From an uncultured virus (IMG/VR IMGVR_UViG_3300032222_000250) (Duplodnaviria > Heunggongvirae > Uroviricota > Caudoviricetes), in the IMG/VR virus record IMGVR_UViG_3300032222_000250: a stretch of DNA of 64,000 bases; one strand, written 5' to 3'. Shown piece after piece: positions 1 to 9,766 of the stretch. Positions within the stretch are counted from its first letter, which is position 1, and each line of letters opens with the position of its first letter. The position numbers and the translations under genes are program-made. The notes beneath the pieces were generated by a model, which was given only the letters and a program-made list of their open reading frames with translations, did no database searches and was not told where the DNA came from.

Positions 1-320
1 ACAAGGAGGACCTGGACCAACAGGAGCACAAGGTGCGACAGGACCACAAGGAGGACCTGGACCAACAGGAGCACAAGGTGCGACAGGACCACAAGGAGGA
101 CCTGGACCAACAGGAGCACAAGGAGCTACGGGTTCACCTGGTTCTAACGGAGCACAAGGAGCTACGGGTTCACCTGGTTCTAACGGAGCACAAGGAGCTA
201 CGGGTTCACCTGGTTCTAACGGAGCACAAGGAGCTACGGGTTCACCTGGTTCTAACGGAGCACAAGGTTCTGCAGGTTCTAACGGAGCACAAGGAGCTAC
301 AGGTTCACAAGGAGCACCGG
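1..320 (+). repeat. Tandem coding repeats: a 45-bp unit (about 2.7 copies) then a 36-bp unit GGAGCACAAGGAGCTACGGGTTCACCTGGTTCTAAC (4 copies)
   Basis: Near-identical direct repeats are visible in the sequence and encode the collagen triplets. Confidence 0.95.
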
Positions 321-826
321 GTCCATTAGCGTGTCCATTACAAATTTGTGATGGTTCAGCTTCGGCACCAGCATATTCATTCTCAGGAGATACAAATACA
401 GGTGTATACAGGCAAGGTAATAGTACTACAGGAGCATCATTAGGTTTTTCAATAAATGGTAATGAAAGATTTAGGATGGATGATGGAAACTTCTTAGCAT
501 ACGCTGACATTATCGCATTCTCATCAACATTATCTGATAGAAGATTAAAAAATAATGTAACTTCTTTATCAAATAGTTTGGAAATAATTAACAAACTAAG
601 ACCTGTGTCTTACACTTGGGATTTAAAATTAAACAGACAAGGAACTGACTTTGGTTTGATTGCTCAAGAAGTTGAAGAAGTTTTACCAAATATAGTTAAA
701 GAAACTGAAACATTATTTGATGATAAGATATATAAAGCTGTGAGTTATGAAAAATTGATACCATTATTGGTTAACTCAATACAAGAACTTACTGAAGAAA
801 TAAAGAAATTGAAAGGTGGACAATAA
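2..826 (+). CDS. Tail fibre C-terminal part (5'-truncated): collagen-like G-X-Y repeats followed by a peptidase S74 intramolecular chaperone
   Basis: The frame from base 2 reads QGGPGPTGAQGATGP...(GAQGATGSPGSN)x4...GSASAPAYSFSGDTNTG and runs without a stop into the 476..826 ORF. That ORF has S74 motifs SDRRLK, LRPVSYTW, GLIAQEVEEVLP and VSYEKLIPLLVNSIQEL. Confidence 0.9.
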   Translation, partial: QGGPGPTGAQGATGPQGGPGPTGAQGATGPQGGPGPTGAQGATGSPGSNGAQGATGSPGSNGAQGATGSPGSNGAQGATGSPGSNGAQGSAGSNGAQGATGSQGAPGPLACPLQICDGSASAPAYSFSGDTNTGVYRQGNSTTGASLGFSINGNERFRMDDGNFLAYADIIAFSSTLSDRRLKNNVTSLSNSLEIINKLRPVSYTWDLKLNRQGTDFGLIAQEVEEVLPNIVKETETLFDDKIYKAVSYEKLIPLLVNSIQELTEEIKKLKGGQ

Positions 827-840
827 ACCACCTTTCAATT
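807..840. terminator. 13-bp inverted repeat spanning the tail-fibre stop codon, a probable terminator or RNA hairpin
   Basis: AATTGAAAGGTGG-acaataaa-CCACCTTTCAATT. Confidence 0.6.
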
Positions 841-855
841 ATTATATTTAACATT

Positions 856-1083
856 ATGGGATTTAGTGAAGAACATTTAGAATTAATGAGAACAACACGA
901 AACTATCTTAAAGAATCTGGTGTTATGATAGATAAGTATAGTTTTGTAAATTACGGTGATGATGATTTATGGGTTTGTACCTATATTGATTGGGATTTTT
1001 ATTTTACAACTGAGATTAAAAATAAATTTATTGAGTTGGGTATTAAATACGACCCAAGACCAAGAGTTACAAATAATAATTAA
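856..1083 (+). CDS. Hypothetical protein
   Basis: 75-aa ORF packed between neighbouring genes. Confidence 0.6.
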   Translation: MGFSEEHLELMRTTRNYLKESGVMIDKYSFVNYGDDDLWVCTYIDWDFYFTTEIKNKFIELGIKYDPRPRVTNNN

Positions 1084-1084
1084 T

Positions 1085-1690
1085 ATGACAACACCAGCTT
1101 CAGGTCAAATATCTTTAGGTGATTTAAAATCCGAATTAAATAGTGCTGGATTTTCAGCACCATCAGCGGACATTGCGTTATCTGAAATGAATTCATATAA
1201 TATGTTGAATGGTTTTTATGATACATATGGGTATAGTTTTATTGGGGGAGGTGCTCAAGTACCACTATCAAATTTTTATGACTTACAAGCGGAGTGTGCA
1301 TCTAGTTTTGTAGTTGCGGGTACAATTACAGAGTATAATTTTTTTATGTTAATGATAACAAACGATTCTTCTGCGGGAGGAATCAACGGGGCTAATTATC
1401 CTGGAAATAATTATTTTAATCCAAATAGTGGAACTATTTCACCAGGAACAACAAGTGGGGTTGACATTGTGCATTTTGACCAATTAACTGCCACAGTGTC
1501 CTGTAATAATACTAAATTTCCACCAACACCACCGTTTGCGAATTTAACGGTACAATACGATAATGGTGGTGGTTTAACTAATTTTCCTGGTTCACCATTT
1601 AATGGGCCAGCAATAAATGTAAATTCTGGAACGGTAAGTAATGCTGCAAATAGTTCTGGAACACCTACATTTACCGTACAATGTGGTTAA
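1085..1690 (+). CDS. Tail-fibre-associated protein or adhesin-like virion protein
   Basis: The likely start MTTPASGQISLGDLKSELN is an N-terminus typical of genes following S74 tail fibres. The body is G/S/T/N-rich. The 956 start in the ORF track overlaps the upstream gene. Confidence 0.6.
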   Translation: MTTPASGQISLGDLKSELNSAGFSAPSADIALSEMNSYNMLNGFYDTYGYSFIGGGAQVPLSNFYDLQAECASSFVVAGTITEYNFFMLMITNDSSAGGINGANYPGNNYFNPNSGTISPGTTSGVDIVHFDQLTATVSCNNTKFPPTPPFANLTVQYDNGGGLTNFPGSPFNGPAINVNSGTVSNAANSSGTPTFTVQCG

Positions 1691-1729
1691 TGTTATTTAT
1701 TTTTTAACGTATTTTCATATTTTTAGTAT

Positions 1730-2317
1730 ATGGACTTAAAACCAATATTCCCCGCCAAAGAAGGTATAAATCAAACAAACTATTATTGGTTTGAAAATGG
1801 GTTTACAACACAAGAAGTTGATACCATTGTTAATGGTTCTTTAGAATACGAGTTTCAAAAGGCTGTTATTATTGATGAAAATAATACTGATAAATTTAGA
1901 AAAAGTAATATTAAGTGGTTACCATTTGATTCTAAATGGGAGTGGGTTATTGATAAGATAATGTCACAAGTTACTGAAGCTAACAGTGCGATTTGGAACT
2001 TTGAATTAAAATCAATTATTGATAATATTCAATATACAGAATATGAGGGAAATGGTGGTCATTATGATTGGCATTTGGATATTGGACCAGGAAGTATATC
2101 ACACAGAAAAATATCAATAGTTATTCAATTATCGGACCCAAATGATTACGTTGGTGGTGATTTACAAATAATGACGGGTTCTGAATATACAACAATTCCA
2201 AGAGGAAAAGGTAATGTAGTGGTGTTCCCATCATTTTTATTACATAGAGTTGTTCCATTAACAAGTGGTAATAGAAAAAGTTTAGTTTTATGGGTTGGAG
2301 GAGACCATTACAAATAA
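1730..2317 (+). CDS. 2OG-Fe(II) oxygenase (PKHD/prolyl-hydroxylase-like)
   Basis: HxD (YDWHLD), distal His (LLHRV) and 2OG-binding Arg (NRKSLV). Confidence 0.9.
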   Translation: MDLKPIFPAKEGINQTNYYWFENGFTTQEVDTIVNGSLEYEFQKAVIIDENNTDKFRKSNIKWLPFDSKWEWVIDKIMSQVTEANSAIWNFELKSIIDNIQYTEYEGNGGHYDWHLDIGPGSISHRKISIVIQLSDPNDYVGGDLQIMTGSEYTTIPRGKGNVVVFPSFLLHRVVPLTSGNRKSLVLWVGGDHYK

Positions 2318-2903
2318 TATGATTATATCGTCAATTATAGTGGATGATTTTTATAATGACCCACACGAAACAAGAGAATTTGCATTACAACAAGAATTTA
2401 ATGTAGTTGGTAATTATCCAGGATTTAGGAGTAAACCATTTTATAATCAAAGTGTTGTTAATTTAATACAGGACATTGTGTATTTTTCTGGTGGTAAAAT
2501 AACAAATTGGGCTACAGATGAATATAATGGTGCTTTTCAATACGCAACTCAAAGAGACCGAAGTTGGATGCATTCTGACCAAACAACAACATGGGCAGGT
2601 ATTTGTTTTTTAACACCTAACGCACCAATTACCGCAGGTACTGGTTTGTTTAGACATAAAGAAACAGGAATATATACGGCACCTTTAAAAAATGATGGTA
2701 CATACGATTATGAAACGTTAGACAAATTATATTTGGACTCCCAAGACATGACTAAATGGGAAATGACAGATATGTTAGGTAACAAATTTAATCGTTTAAT
2801 ATTATATAGAGCCGATTATTTTCATACATCGTTAGATTATTTTGGTAGAAATTTACAAGACGGTAGATTATTTCAAACGTTCTTTTTTGATACCGAAAGA
2901 TAA
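2295..2903 (+). CDS. 2OG-Fe(II) oxygenase (DUF6445-like)
   Basis: IIVDDFY, YPGFRS, WMHSD (HxD), FNRLILY, YFHTS and GRLFQTFF. The true start may be 2319. Confidence 0.8.
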   Translation: MEETITNNMIISSIIVDDFYNDPHETREFALQQEFNVVGNYPGFRSKPFYNQSVVNLIQDIVYFSGGKITNWATDEYNGAFQYATQRDRSWMHSDQTTTWAGICFLTPNAPITAGTGLFRHKETGIYTAPLKNDGTYDYETLDKLYLDSQDMTKWEMTDMLGNKFNRLILYRADYFHTSLDYFGRNLQDGRLFQTFFFDTER

Positions 2904-2908
2904 GATTT

Positions 2909-4156
2909 ATGAAAACTAAAAAACCAAGTGCCATTGTTTACAATTGGGACCGTAAAGGTGTATTTGAGATACAATCAGAAATTTATTGTGAAGAAAATTT
3001 AATTGATTATGTAACCATTTATTCGTTGGATAATATAGATAATTTAATTAAAGACTATTCAAAGTACCAACCTGATTTAATCATCTCTTTTGGAGATAGA
3101 ATTGTTTTAGATTCTAAAATATTAAATTTACGATACATTAATTATGATAAAATTATAAATGATGTTGAATTAGCCAATGAGATTGTAAAACGAGGAACGT
3201 TTATTAATTGTGAAAACCCAAAACCACGATTTTCAATTTTTACACCAACATATAATATTGGTGAAAGAATTCTAAGAACATATGATAGTATTTTAAATCA
3301 ATCATTTACTGATTGGGAATGGATTGTTGTTGATGATTCAACTGACGACATTACGTGGAACATATTACTTGAGTTAAAAGAAAAAGATTATAGAGTAAAA
3401 CCTTATAGAATATTTCCATTAAGTGGTGGAAATATTGGATTAGCAAAAAACAGAGCGGCATCATTATGTGACGGAGATTGGTTGGTTGAATTGGACCATG
3501 ATGACGTATTGACAAAACAATGTTTAGAAGTATCAAACGATGCTATTTTACAATATCCTGATGCAGGTTTTCTATATAGTGATGTTTGTGAAATGTTTGA
3601 AGATGGTGGGATGAAAACTTACGACCACGATTTTTCAGGTAATTGGTACGGAAGAAATGATAACTTTTTTGATTTTGGTTATGCTGGTCATTCATGGACA
3701 AATGTTGATGGTAAAGACCTAATTGCTCATTGGTATCCTGATATAAATCCTTTAACTATAAGATTTAATATTAGTATGCCTGACCACGTAAGAATGTGGG
3801 AAAGAAAAAAATATTTGGAAATAGGTGGTCATAATAAAAATTTACCTATTGCCGATGATTTAGAAATAATTATACGAACATTTTTAAACACAAAAATAAT
3901 TCACGTAAAACAGGTTTTATATATACAATATAATAATAAAAATACTACTGTTGATAATAACGCTATTGATATTAATCGTAGAGCTAGATTAATTAGGGAT
4001 TATTACGATAAAAAAATTCACGAAAAAATAATTAAAATGGGAAAACATGATTGGAATTGGGTTGAGAATGAAAATTGCTCACAAAAGTTCCAAAACCATA
4101 TTTTCATTAGAAAGTTTTATAGTGAAGAAGAAATCTTAAACTACATTTATAAATAA
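2909..4156 (+). CDS. Glycosyltransferase family 2
   Basis: FSIFTPTYN, WIVVDDS, NRAASL and ELDHDD (DxD). Confidence 0.88.
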   Translation: MKTKKPSAIVYNWDRKGVFEIQSEIYCEENLIDYVTIYSLDNIDNLIKDYSKYQPDLIISFGDRIVLDSKILNLRYINYDKIINDVELANEIVKRGTFINCENPKPRFSIFTPTYNIGERILRTYDSILNQSFTDWEWIVVDDSTDDITWNILLELKEKDYRVKPYRIFPLSGGNIGLAKNRAASLCDGDWLVELDHDDVLTKQCLEVSNDAILQYPDAGFLYSDVCEMFEDGGMKTYDHDFSGNWYGRNDNFFDFGYAGHSWTNVDGKDLIAHWYPDINPLTIRFNISMPDHVRMWERKKYLEIGGHNKNLPIADDLEIIIRTFLNTKIIHVKQVLYIQYNNKNTTVDNNAIDINRRARLIRDYYDKKIHEKIIKMGKHDWNWVENENCSQKFQNHIFIRKFYSEEEILNYIYK

Positions 4157-4162
4157 AAAACC

Positions 4163-6049
4163 ATGATAAATTTTACTGTAACCGAAAAAGAAATTAACGA
4201 ATATAATCAAGCACAACCGTTTCCACATATTGTCATTGATAATTTTTTACCACCGTCAATATTGAATGGTGTAATTGATGATTTTAGAAATCATAATGAC
4301 TGGGGATGGGATAATAGTCAGTATTCACAACAACACCAAGTTAAAAAGTTTTTTTCACCTTGGAATGAAAATGGTAATAATATATTACCAATTAATACAA
4401 AATTAATATTAAACTATCTAAACTCTCCTGAAACAATAAGTATGTTGGAGAAGTTAACAGGTATTGATGGCTTAATTGCTGACCCAACATTATTAGGTGG
4501 TGGAATGCATAAAATTGATTCTGGCGGGAAATTATCAATTCACGCCGATTCAAGAAAACATGCGGTTACGGGAAATTATAGACGAATAAACTTATTGGTT
4601 TATTTGAATAAAAATTGGAACAGTGAATGGGGTGGTTCTTTACAACTTTGGAATAATGACATGACAACTATGGTTCAAGATATCCAACCATTTTTTAATA
4701 GAGTTGTTATATTCAACACTGGTGGAGATACATATCATGGACACCCACACGTTTTAAATACTCCCGAAGGTGTATCAAGAATTTCTTTGGCGTTGTATTA
4801 TTATACAAAAGAAAACCCTGATACTGATGAAAATAACGTCACATCAGCGGTTTGGAAAGATGTACCAAGTGAAACAAAACAAATTACACCAACAAAAGTT
4901 ATTAAGGACGGACCAACCATGTGTTTTGCAACCATGTGTAAGAACGAGGAGCATTGTATTCAAAATACTTTAGAGTCAGTCTATAAACATATTGATTATT
5001 GGGTTGTGTGTGATACAGGGTCAACTGACAGAACTTGTGAAATAGTTAAAAACTTTTTTGAAGAAAAAGGAATACCCGGAGAACTACATGTAGATAAATG
5101 GGTTGGTTTTGACCATAATAAAAGTTTAATGATGGAAAGAGCTAAAGATAAAACAGATTATGTTTTACATTTAGATGCTGATGATTTGTTAATAAATGGT
5201 TTAGATTTTGGAAAAAATGATATTGGTGACGACGCTTACTTTATGAATGTGACTAGAGGGACTTTAAAATGGAAGGCGTTAATTATATTCAATAACAGAC
5301 TCACTTGGAGATTTTGTGGTGTTGCTCACACGACAATAAAATGTAAGGAAAAAGAAAGTTTTACCACTAAAGATATTTCAAATCGGAATTCATATGTCTC
5401 AGGTGAAGGTATTGGTTCAAGAGCGTTTGACCCCAAAAAATTTCTATACGATGCCGAAAAATTAAAGAAACAATTTTTTGATACGTTATTGTCTGACCCT
5501 GATAATTTAAACAGTAGGTCGGCTTTTTACACTGGTCAAAGTTATCAAGATTACGGTATGTTAGAAGAAGCCATAAAATGGTATAGACTTTATACTAAAT
5601 TAGATGTTACGTGGTTTGAAGAAATTTTTGAGTGTAACATGAGAATTGCGTATTGTATGATGAAACTTAATTACAAATTAAGTGATATTGAATCTCAAAT
5701 GTCTTTAGCGATTAATATAGAACCTGATAGAGCTGAACCGTATTATTTTATGGGTAAACATTGTAATGAAATTGGTGAGTACGAAAAGGCATATAACTAT
5801 TTGAGGGCTGCCAAATCAAGAGATTATAAAAGTGTTAAAGAAAAATACAGATTGTTTATTCAAGAAACGATGTATGGTATTTACAACAATGATGAATTAT
5901 CGGTTGCTTGTTTTTGGAGTGATAGGTTTGATGAAGGATATAAATACCTTTTAGAAATATTAAATGATGAAAGATTTAGTAGTTCAAAAGATAGATTACT
6001 AACTAATCAAAAACATTTCCAAGATAGAATGGGTGTACTCCATAATTAA
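4163..6049 (+). CDS. Fusion of 2OG-Fe(II) oxygenase, GT2-like glycosyltransferase and TPR region
   Basis: N-terminus PFPHIVIDNFL...SIHAD...TYHGH...SRIS; middle MCKNEEHCI...CDTGSTD...HLDADD; C-terminus with TPR-like helices (FYTGQSY, EPDRAEPYY). Confidence 0.88.
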   Translation: MINFTVTEKEINEYNQAQPFPHIVIDNFLPPSILNGVIDDFRNHNDWGWDNSQYSQQHQVKKFFSPWNENGNNILPINTKLILNYLNSPETISMLEKLTGIDGLIADPTLLGGGMHKIDSGGKLSIHADSRKHAVTGNYRRINLLVYLNKNWNSEWGGSLQLWNNDMTTMVQDIQPFFNRVVIFNTGGDTYHGHPHVLNTPEGVSRISLALYYYTKENPDTDENNVTSAVWKDVPSETKQITPTKVIKDGPTMCFATMCKNEEHCIQNTLESVYKHIDYWVVCDTGSTDRTCEIVKNFFEEKGIPGELHVDKWVGFDHNKSLMMERAKDKTDYVLHLDADDLLINGLDFGKNDIGDDAYFMNVTRGTLKWKALIIFNNRLTWRFCGVAHTTIKCKEKESFTTKDISNRNSYVSGEGIGSRAFDPKKFLYDAEKLKKQFFDTLLSDPDNLNSRSAFYTGQSYQDYGMLEEAIKWYRLYTKLDVTWFEEIFECNMRIAYCMMKLNYKLSDIESQMSLAINIEPDRAEPYYFMGKHCNEIGEYEKAYNYLRAAKSRDYKSVKEKYRLFIQETMYGIYNNDELSVACFWSDRFDEGYKYLLEILNDERFSSSKDRLLTNQKHFQDRMGVLHN

Positions 6050-6663
6050 AGAAAAATATTTTTGTTTGATAGATAGTATAATACACCATTATCAAATTCT
6101 AATTTTTCTTCTTGTGTAAAATACTCAGATGAAAGGTAGTTGTAGTAACAAAGATATTTGTTAATACAAAATGAGTTTTGACCTAATTTTTCAGCAAACG
6201 TACCATCACCAAAATAGTTTTCGTCAAATCTTAAAGTTGGTTTAAATCCGTATCTCCACATATAACTGCCTTGGTCCATGGCTCTAAACACCATGTGTTC
6301 TGTAGGTCTTAATCTCATAGAATTATCGTTCCATAACTGACCCCAACTCAAAATGTTATGGTTGTTATTACAGAAAGGTTTTACGTTTTCATACCAATTT
6401 GGATGGATAATGTTGTCATCATCCAAAACATAAACCCAATCAGAGTCAGTTAGTTTCAAGTTATCTAAAGCGTAATTGATATGAGGTTTACCATAACCAC
6501 CCGTTATATTTTTAGGTCTAAAAATGATATCACCATAAGGTAGTATTTCATCATTATGGTTTGAATCATATATAACAACCCAAATACATTCATCAGGTAT
6601 TGTTTTGGAAATTTGTGATAGATGTTGTATTCTACTACAGGGGGTGATAATATAGATACTCAT
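6046..6663 (-). CDS. GT-A fold glycosyltransferase
   Basis: IYIITPCSR and WVYVLDDDNIIHP (DxD). Confidence 0.75.
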   Translation of the reverse strand: MSIYIITPCSRIQHLSQISKTIPDECIWVVIYDSNHNDEILPYGDIIFRPKNITGGYGKPHINYALDNLKLTDSDWVYVLDDDNIIHPNWYENVKPFCNNNHNILSWGQLWNDNSMRLRPTEHMVFRAMDQGSYMWRYGFKPTLRFDENYFGDGTFAEKLGQNSFCINKYLCYYNYLSSEYFTQEEKLEFDNGVLYYLSNKNIFL

Positions 6664-6732
6664 TGATATAATGATAAGTTAAAACGAAATATTATCTATT
6701 TTTTATTTGTAAATAATTTCTATAATTAAGTT

Positions 6733-7269
6733 ATGGATTTATTGACGGCACAAGATGCTATGAACTTATTGAAGATTGAACAATTAGATTATTCTGTTAT
6801 GAATACAACTGATGTTTCTCACATTAAAGAGATTTATTTGAAGTCAAAAACATATAGAGGTGGAACCGCATGTGAGGTTGGTAGTTTGGGTGGACATGGA
6901 ACATTTTCATTATGTTTGGCAGGGCTTAATGTAACATCATATGATAATAACGGACACAAAGGGTTTAAAGATAAACGAGAAACTTTGTGTAAAGATTTTA
7001 ATGTTAATTGGATTGTTCAAGAAGGACTTTACGCATTAAATAATGAAACAAAATATGATGTTGTATTCCACGACTCATATCACTTTGAAGAGGTAATTCC
7101 TGAATTGGTTGCATTTTGGTTCTATAAAGTTAAAGATAAAGGAATGTTAATTGTTCATGATGTTGAAACTTTTAGTCATGAAAGATTTATGTTCTTAATT
7201 GGTAATCCAAGATTTGAAAGAACTAAAGATATTCACGGTAGAGAACTTGGAACTTATTATAAAAATTAA
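6733..7269 (+). CDS. Class I SAM-dependent methyltransferase (Methyltransf_24-like)
   Basis: CEVGSLGG, YDVVFHDSYH and GMLIVHD. Confidence 0.75.
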   Translation: MDLLTAQDAMNLLKIEQLDYSVMNTTDVSHIKEIYLKSKTYRGGTACEVGSLGGHGTFSLCLAGLNVTSYDNNGHKGFKDKRETLCKDFNVNWIVQEGLYALNNETKYDVVFHDSYHFEEVIPELVAFWFYKVKDKGMLIVHDVETFSHERFMFLIGNPRFERTKDIHGRELGTYYKN

Positions 7270-8513
7270 TGGACCAAACAAATTGTGACATATTAATTAT
7301 TGGCGCTGGTATAACAGGACTTTCGTTAGCATCCTTTTTGGGTACGGATGATTATCTTATTGTTGAAAAAGATTCTGAGGTTGGGGGATATTGCAAAACA
7401 ACAATTAGAAATGGTTTTGTATGGGATTATTCTGGTCACTTCTTTCACTTTAACAATCAAGAAATTAAAGATTATGTATTAGAGAATATTGAGTGTGACG
7501 TGGTTACGGTTAATAAGAAAAGTCACATATATTATAAAGACCGATACATAGATTTTCCATTTCAAAACAACATAGACCAATTACCAACAGATGAGTTTGT
7601 TGAGTGTTTATATGACCTGAGGAACACTGGAAATGGTGAGGTTAATACATTCACAGACTTTGTTAAAAACACGTTAGGAGAGTCAATTTGTAATAAGTTC
7701 ATCATACCTTATAATCAAAAGTTATATGCTTGTGATTTGAATAATTTGGATTATGATGCAATGGGAAGGTTCTTTCCAAAACCCACAAACTTTGATGACT
7801 TATTAACTCAACTCAAAAACAAAAACAAGTCTGAATCTTATAATGACACATTCATATACCCAACAGGTGGTAGTGTTGAATTTGTTAAGTCATTACTCAA
7901 ACGAGTAAACCAAGATAATATTTTATTGGATACTGAAATCATCAGTATTGACCTTGAAAACAAAATCGCTCAAACAACTAACGAATACATAAAGTTTAAT
8001 AAATTGGTGAATACAATGCCGTTTGATACCTTTATGAAACTCACAGGTGAGAAGGTTGATAACTTATCATCAAACAAAGTAGTTGTGTTTAATTTGGGTT
8101 TTGATAAACCCACTGACATCAGTTCAAATTGGGTGTATTATCCTAATGATGAAATATTCTATAGAGTTGGATTCTATAACAATATCTTCGGTACAGATAA
8201 AATGAGTTTGTACGTTGAGATTGGTTTGGATAAAACTGACAGAGTTATTGAGGAGGATTTGTTGAATAAGATATTAGATGATTTATCAAGGATGGGGGTT
8301 ATAAATGACCATAATTTAGTAGACCACCAAATGATTGTTATGAATCCTGCCTATGTTCATATTACCAAAGAATCAAAAGAAGTTTATAATAGTTGGGAAA
8401 AAAAAAATAACCCTAATGGGTTATTTTCTATTGGTAGATATGGTTCTTGGACTTATTGTTCTATTGAGGATAGCATCCTACAATCAAAAGAACTATCAGT
8501 AAGATTGGTATGA
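7269..8513 (+). CDS. FAD-dependent oxidoreductase, UDP-galactopyranose-mutase-like
   Basis: GAGITG dinucleotide motif, WDYSGHFFH, FIIPYNQK, FIYPTGG, WVYYP..FYR and GRYGSWTY. Confidence 0.75.
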   Translation: MDQTNCDILIIGAGITGLSLASFLGTDDYLIVEKDSEVGGYCKTTIRNGFVWDYSGHFFHFNNQEIKDYVLENIECDVVTVNKKSHIYYKDRYIDFPFQNNIDQLPTDEFVECLYDLRNTGNGEVNTFTDFVKNTLGESICNKFIIPYNQKLYACDLNNLDYDAMGRFFPKPTNFDDLLTQLKNKNKSESYNDTFIYPTGGSVEFVKSLLKRVNQDNILLDTEIISIDLENKIAQTTNEYIKFNKLVNTMPFDTFMKLTGEKVDNLSSNKVVVFNLGFDKPTDISSNWVYYPNDEIFYRVGFYNNIFGTDKMSLYVEIGLDKTDRVIEEDLLNKILDDLSRMGVINDHNLVDHQMIVMNPAYVHITKESKEVYNSWEKKNNPNGLFSIGRYGSWTYCSIEDSILQSKELSVRLV

Positions 8514-8873
8514 TTTTTCTTCAACAAATCCTGAAGAATATTTCAAATTAATTTCTTTTTTAATTTTAGCACGAACATCGTTTGTGTAATAAACCGAACG
8601 TGCCAATTTAACAAAATCCTCATCAAATTCTTTAACTCTTTCTTTATCTCTAATATCATCTTCAATAACCCAAAGTTCTTTGTTAATAGATAATAGTTCC
8701 AAATACTCAGGAGATTCAGTTGAAATTCCCAAATCATTCTCAACTACAGATAAAAGATAGTTATATTCTTTTACAATATTATCCAATTTAATTGGGTCAG
8801 TAATGTTTTCTTTTTTAATTTGAAGGATTGTTAACTTATCAACAATCTCCCCGTGTGATACTTCTATATTCAT
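8496..8873 (-). CDS. DUF6165-like protein
   Basis: VSHGEIVDKLTILQIK...INKELWVIEDDIR...LARSVYYTNDVRAKIKKEIN...EEKSY; this family is typical of glycosylation islands. Confidence 0.75.
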   Translation of the reverse strand: MNIEVSHGEIVDKLTILQIKKENITDPIKLDNIVKEYNYLLSVVENDLGISTESPEYLELLSINKELWVIEDDIRDKERVKEFDEDFVKLARSVYYTNDVRAKIKKEINLKYSSGFVEEKSYQSY

Positions 8874-9766
8874 AATAACCAATCTTTAATTTCTTCATAT
8901 ACCATTTCAGGTGTTATTGATGTATGACATTCAAATTGCCTTGGTGTGTCCTTATGCTTGGGACACCAATACCAATCATCGTATTCAAAATCAAATTCTT
9001 TACCAACAATATTCCAACAACCATGACATACACTTTTATTTATTATTCTTTTATAATCATTTATATTTAAATCAAATTCGTACCAATCTTCTGTAAAATT
9101 TGAAATCATAGCAACAGGTTTGTTCATAGCATGTGCTAACCAAGAAATACCTGATGACAATCCAATAAAGAATTCGCAATGTTTTATAATTTCCATAACA
9201 TCTTTTAATGGTAAACCTAATTTTTTTACACAACTTTTTGGTACATAATTTCTAAAATTAGGAATTCCAAAACTTTCATAATTATCAACACATATTGGGG
9301 TATATCCTGATTTTCGTAACATTTTACATAATATATCCCAATTCTTAGAGGTTAATTGTTCTTTTTTACCATTTACATGGTTCCAATATTTAAGTTGAGA
9401 AGTGGATTGTATACTAATCACAATATATTTATTTTTAATAGTTCTCTCTGTTAAAACATCATCAACTTTTGGTCTTATATATTCAGAATTAATAAATCCT
9501 AATTGTTCCGCAAAAACTTGTTGAAGAGGTTTGTCCCATTTATGTCTAAGTATGATTTCTTTGTCGTAATTTTTATTATCGGTTTCATCAATAAAAATTA
9601 TTTCAGGAAATGTTTTTTTAAACAATTCAGAAAAAAAGATATTCTTTACTTTAAAGTAAATTTCAAGGTTTTGAGATACTCTAAATTTATCTAAATATGG
9701 CATTAATGCGATTACATCACCTAAACCAGTTGAAGCGTCATTAAAAGTGATTAAACAATTTTTCAT
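8870..9766 (-). CDS. Autotransporter heptosyltransferase-like (TibC/Aah, GT-B) glycosyltransferase
   Basis: GLGDVIA, QSTSQLKYWN, FIGLSSGISWLA and a Cys cluster CHGCWN..WCPKHK..FEC..SITPEMV. Confidence 0.85.
   Translation of the reverse strand: MKNCLITFNDASTGLGDVIALMPYLDKFRVSQNLEIYFKVKNIFFSELFKKTFPEIIFIDETDNKNYDKEIILRHKWDKPLQQVFAEQLGFINSEYIRPKVDDVLTERTIKNKYIVISIQSTSQLKYWNHVNGKKEQLTSKNWDILCKMLRKSGYTPICVDNYESFGIPNFRNYVPKSCVKKLGLPLKDVMEIIKHCEFFIGLSSGISWLAHAMNKPVAMISNFTEDWYEFDLNINDYKRIINKSVCHGCWNIVGKEFDFEYDDWYWCPKHKDTPRQFECHTSITPEMVYEEIKDWLL

Noticed and set aside
1..320. Tandem repeats as a CRISPR array
   Set aside because: There are no unique spacers, the unit lengths are multiples of 9 encoding collagen, and no cas operon is present.
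33..329. 98-aa ORF with QDHKEDL/TEHKELRVHLVL repeats
   Set aside because: It is a shadow frame of the collagen G-X-Y repeat; the real frame starts at base 2 and continues to 826.
1730..6049. DNA hypermodification (TET/JBP plus glucosyltransferase) system
   Set aside because: The oxygenases look PKHD/P4H-like, no nucleotide-modification genes are adjacent, and the context is structural. Considered less likely but not excluded.
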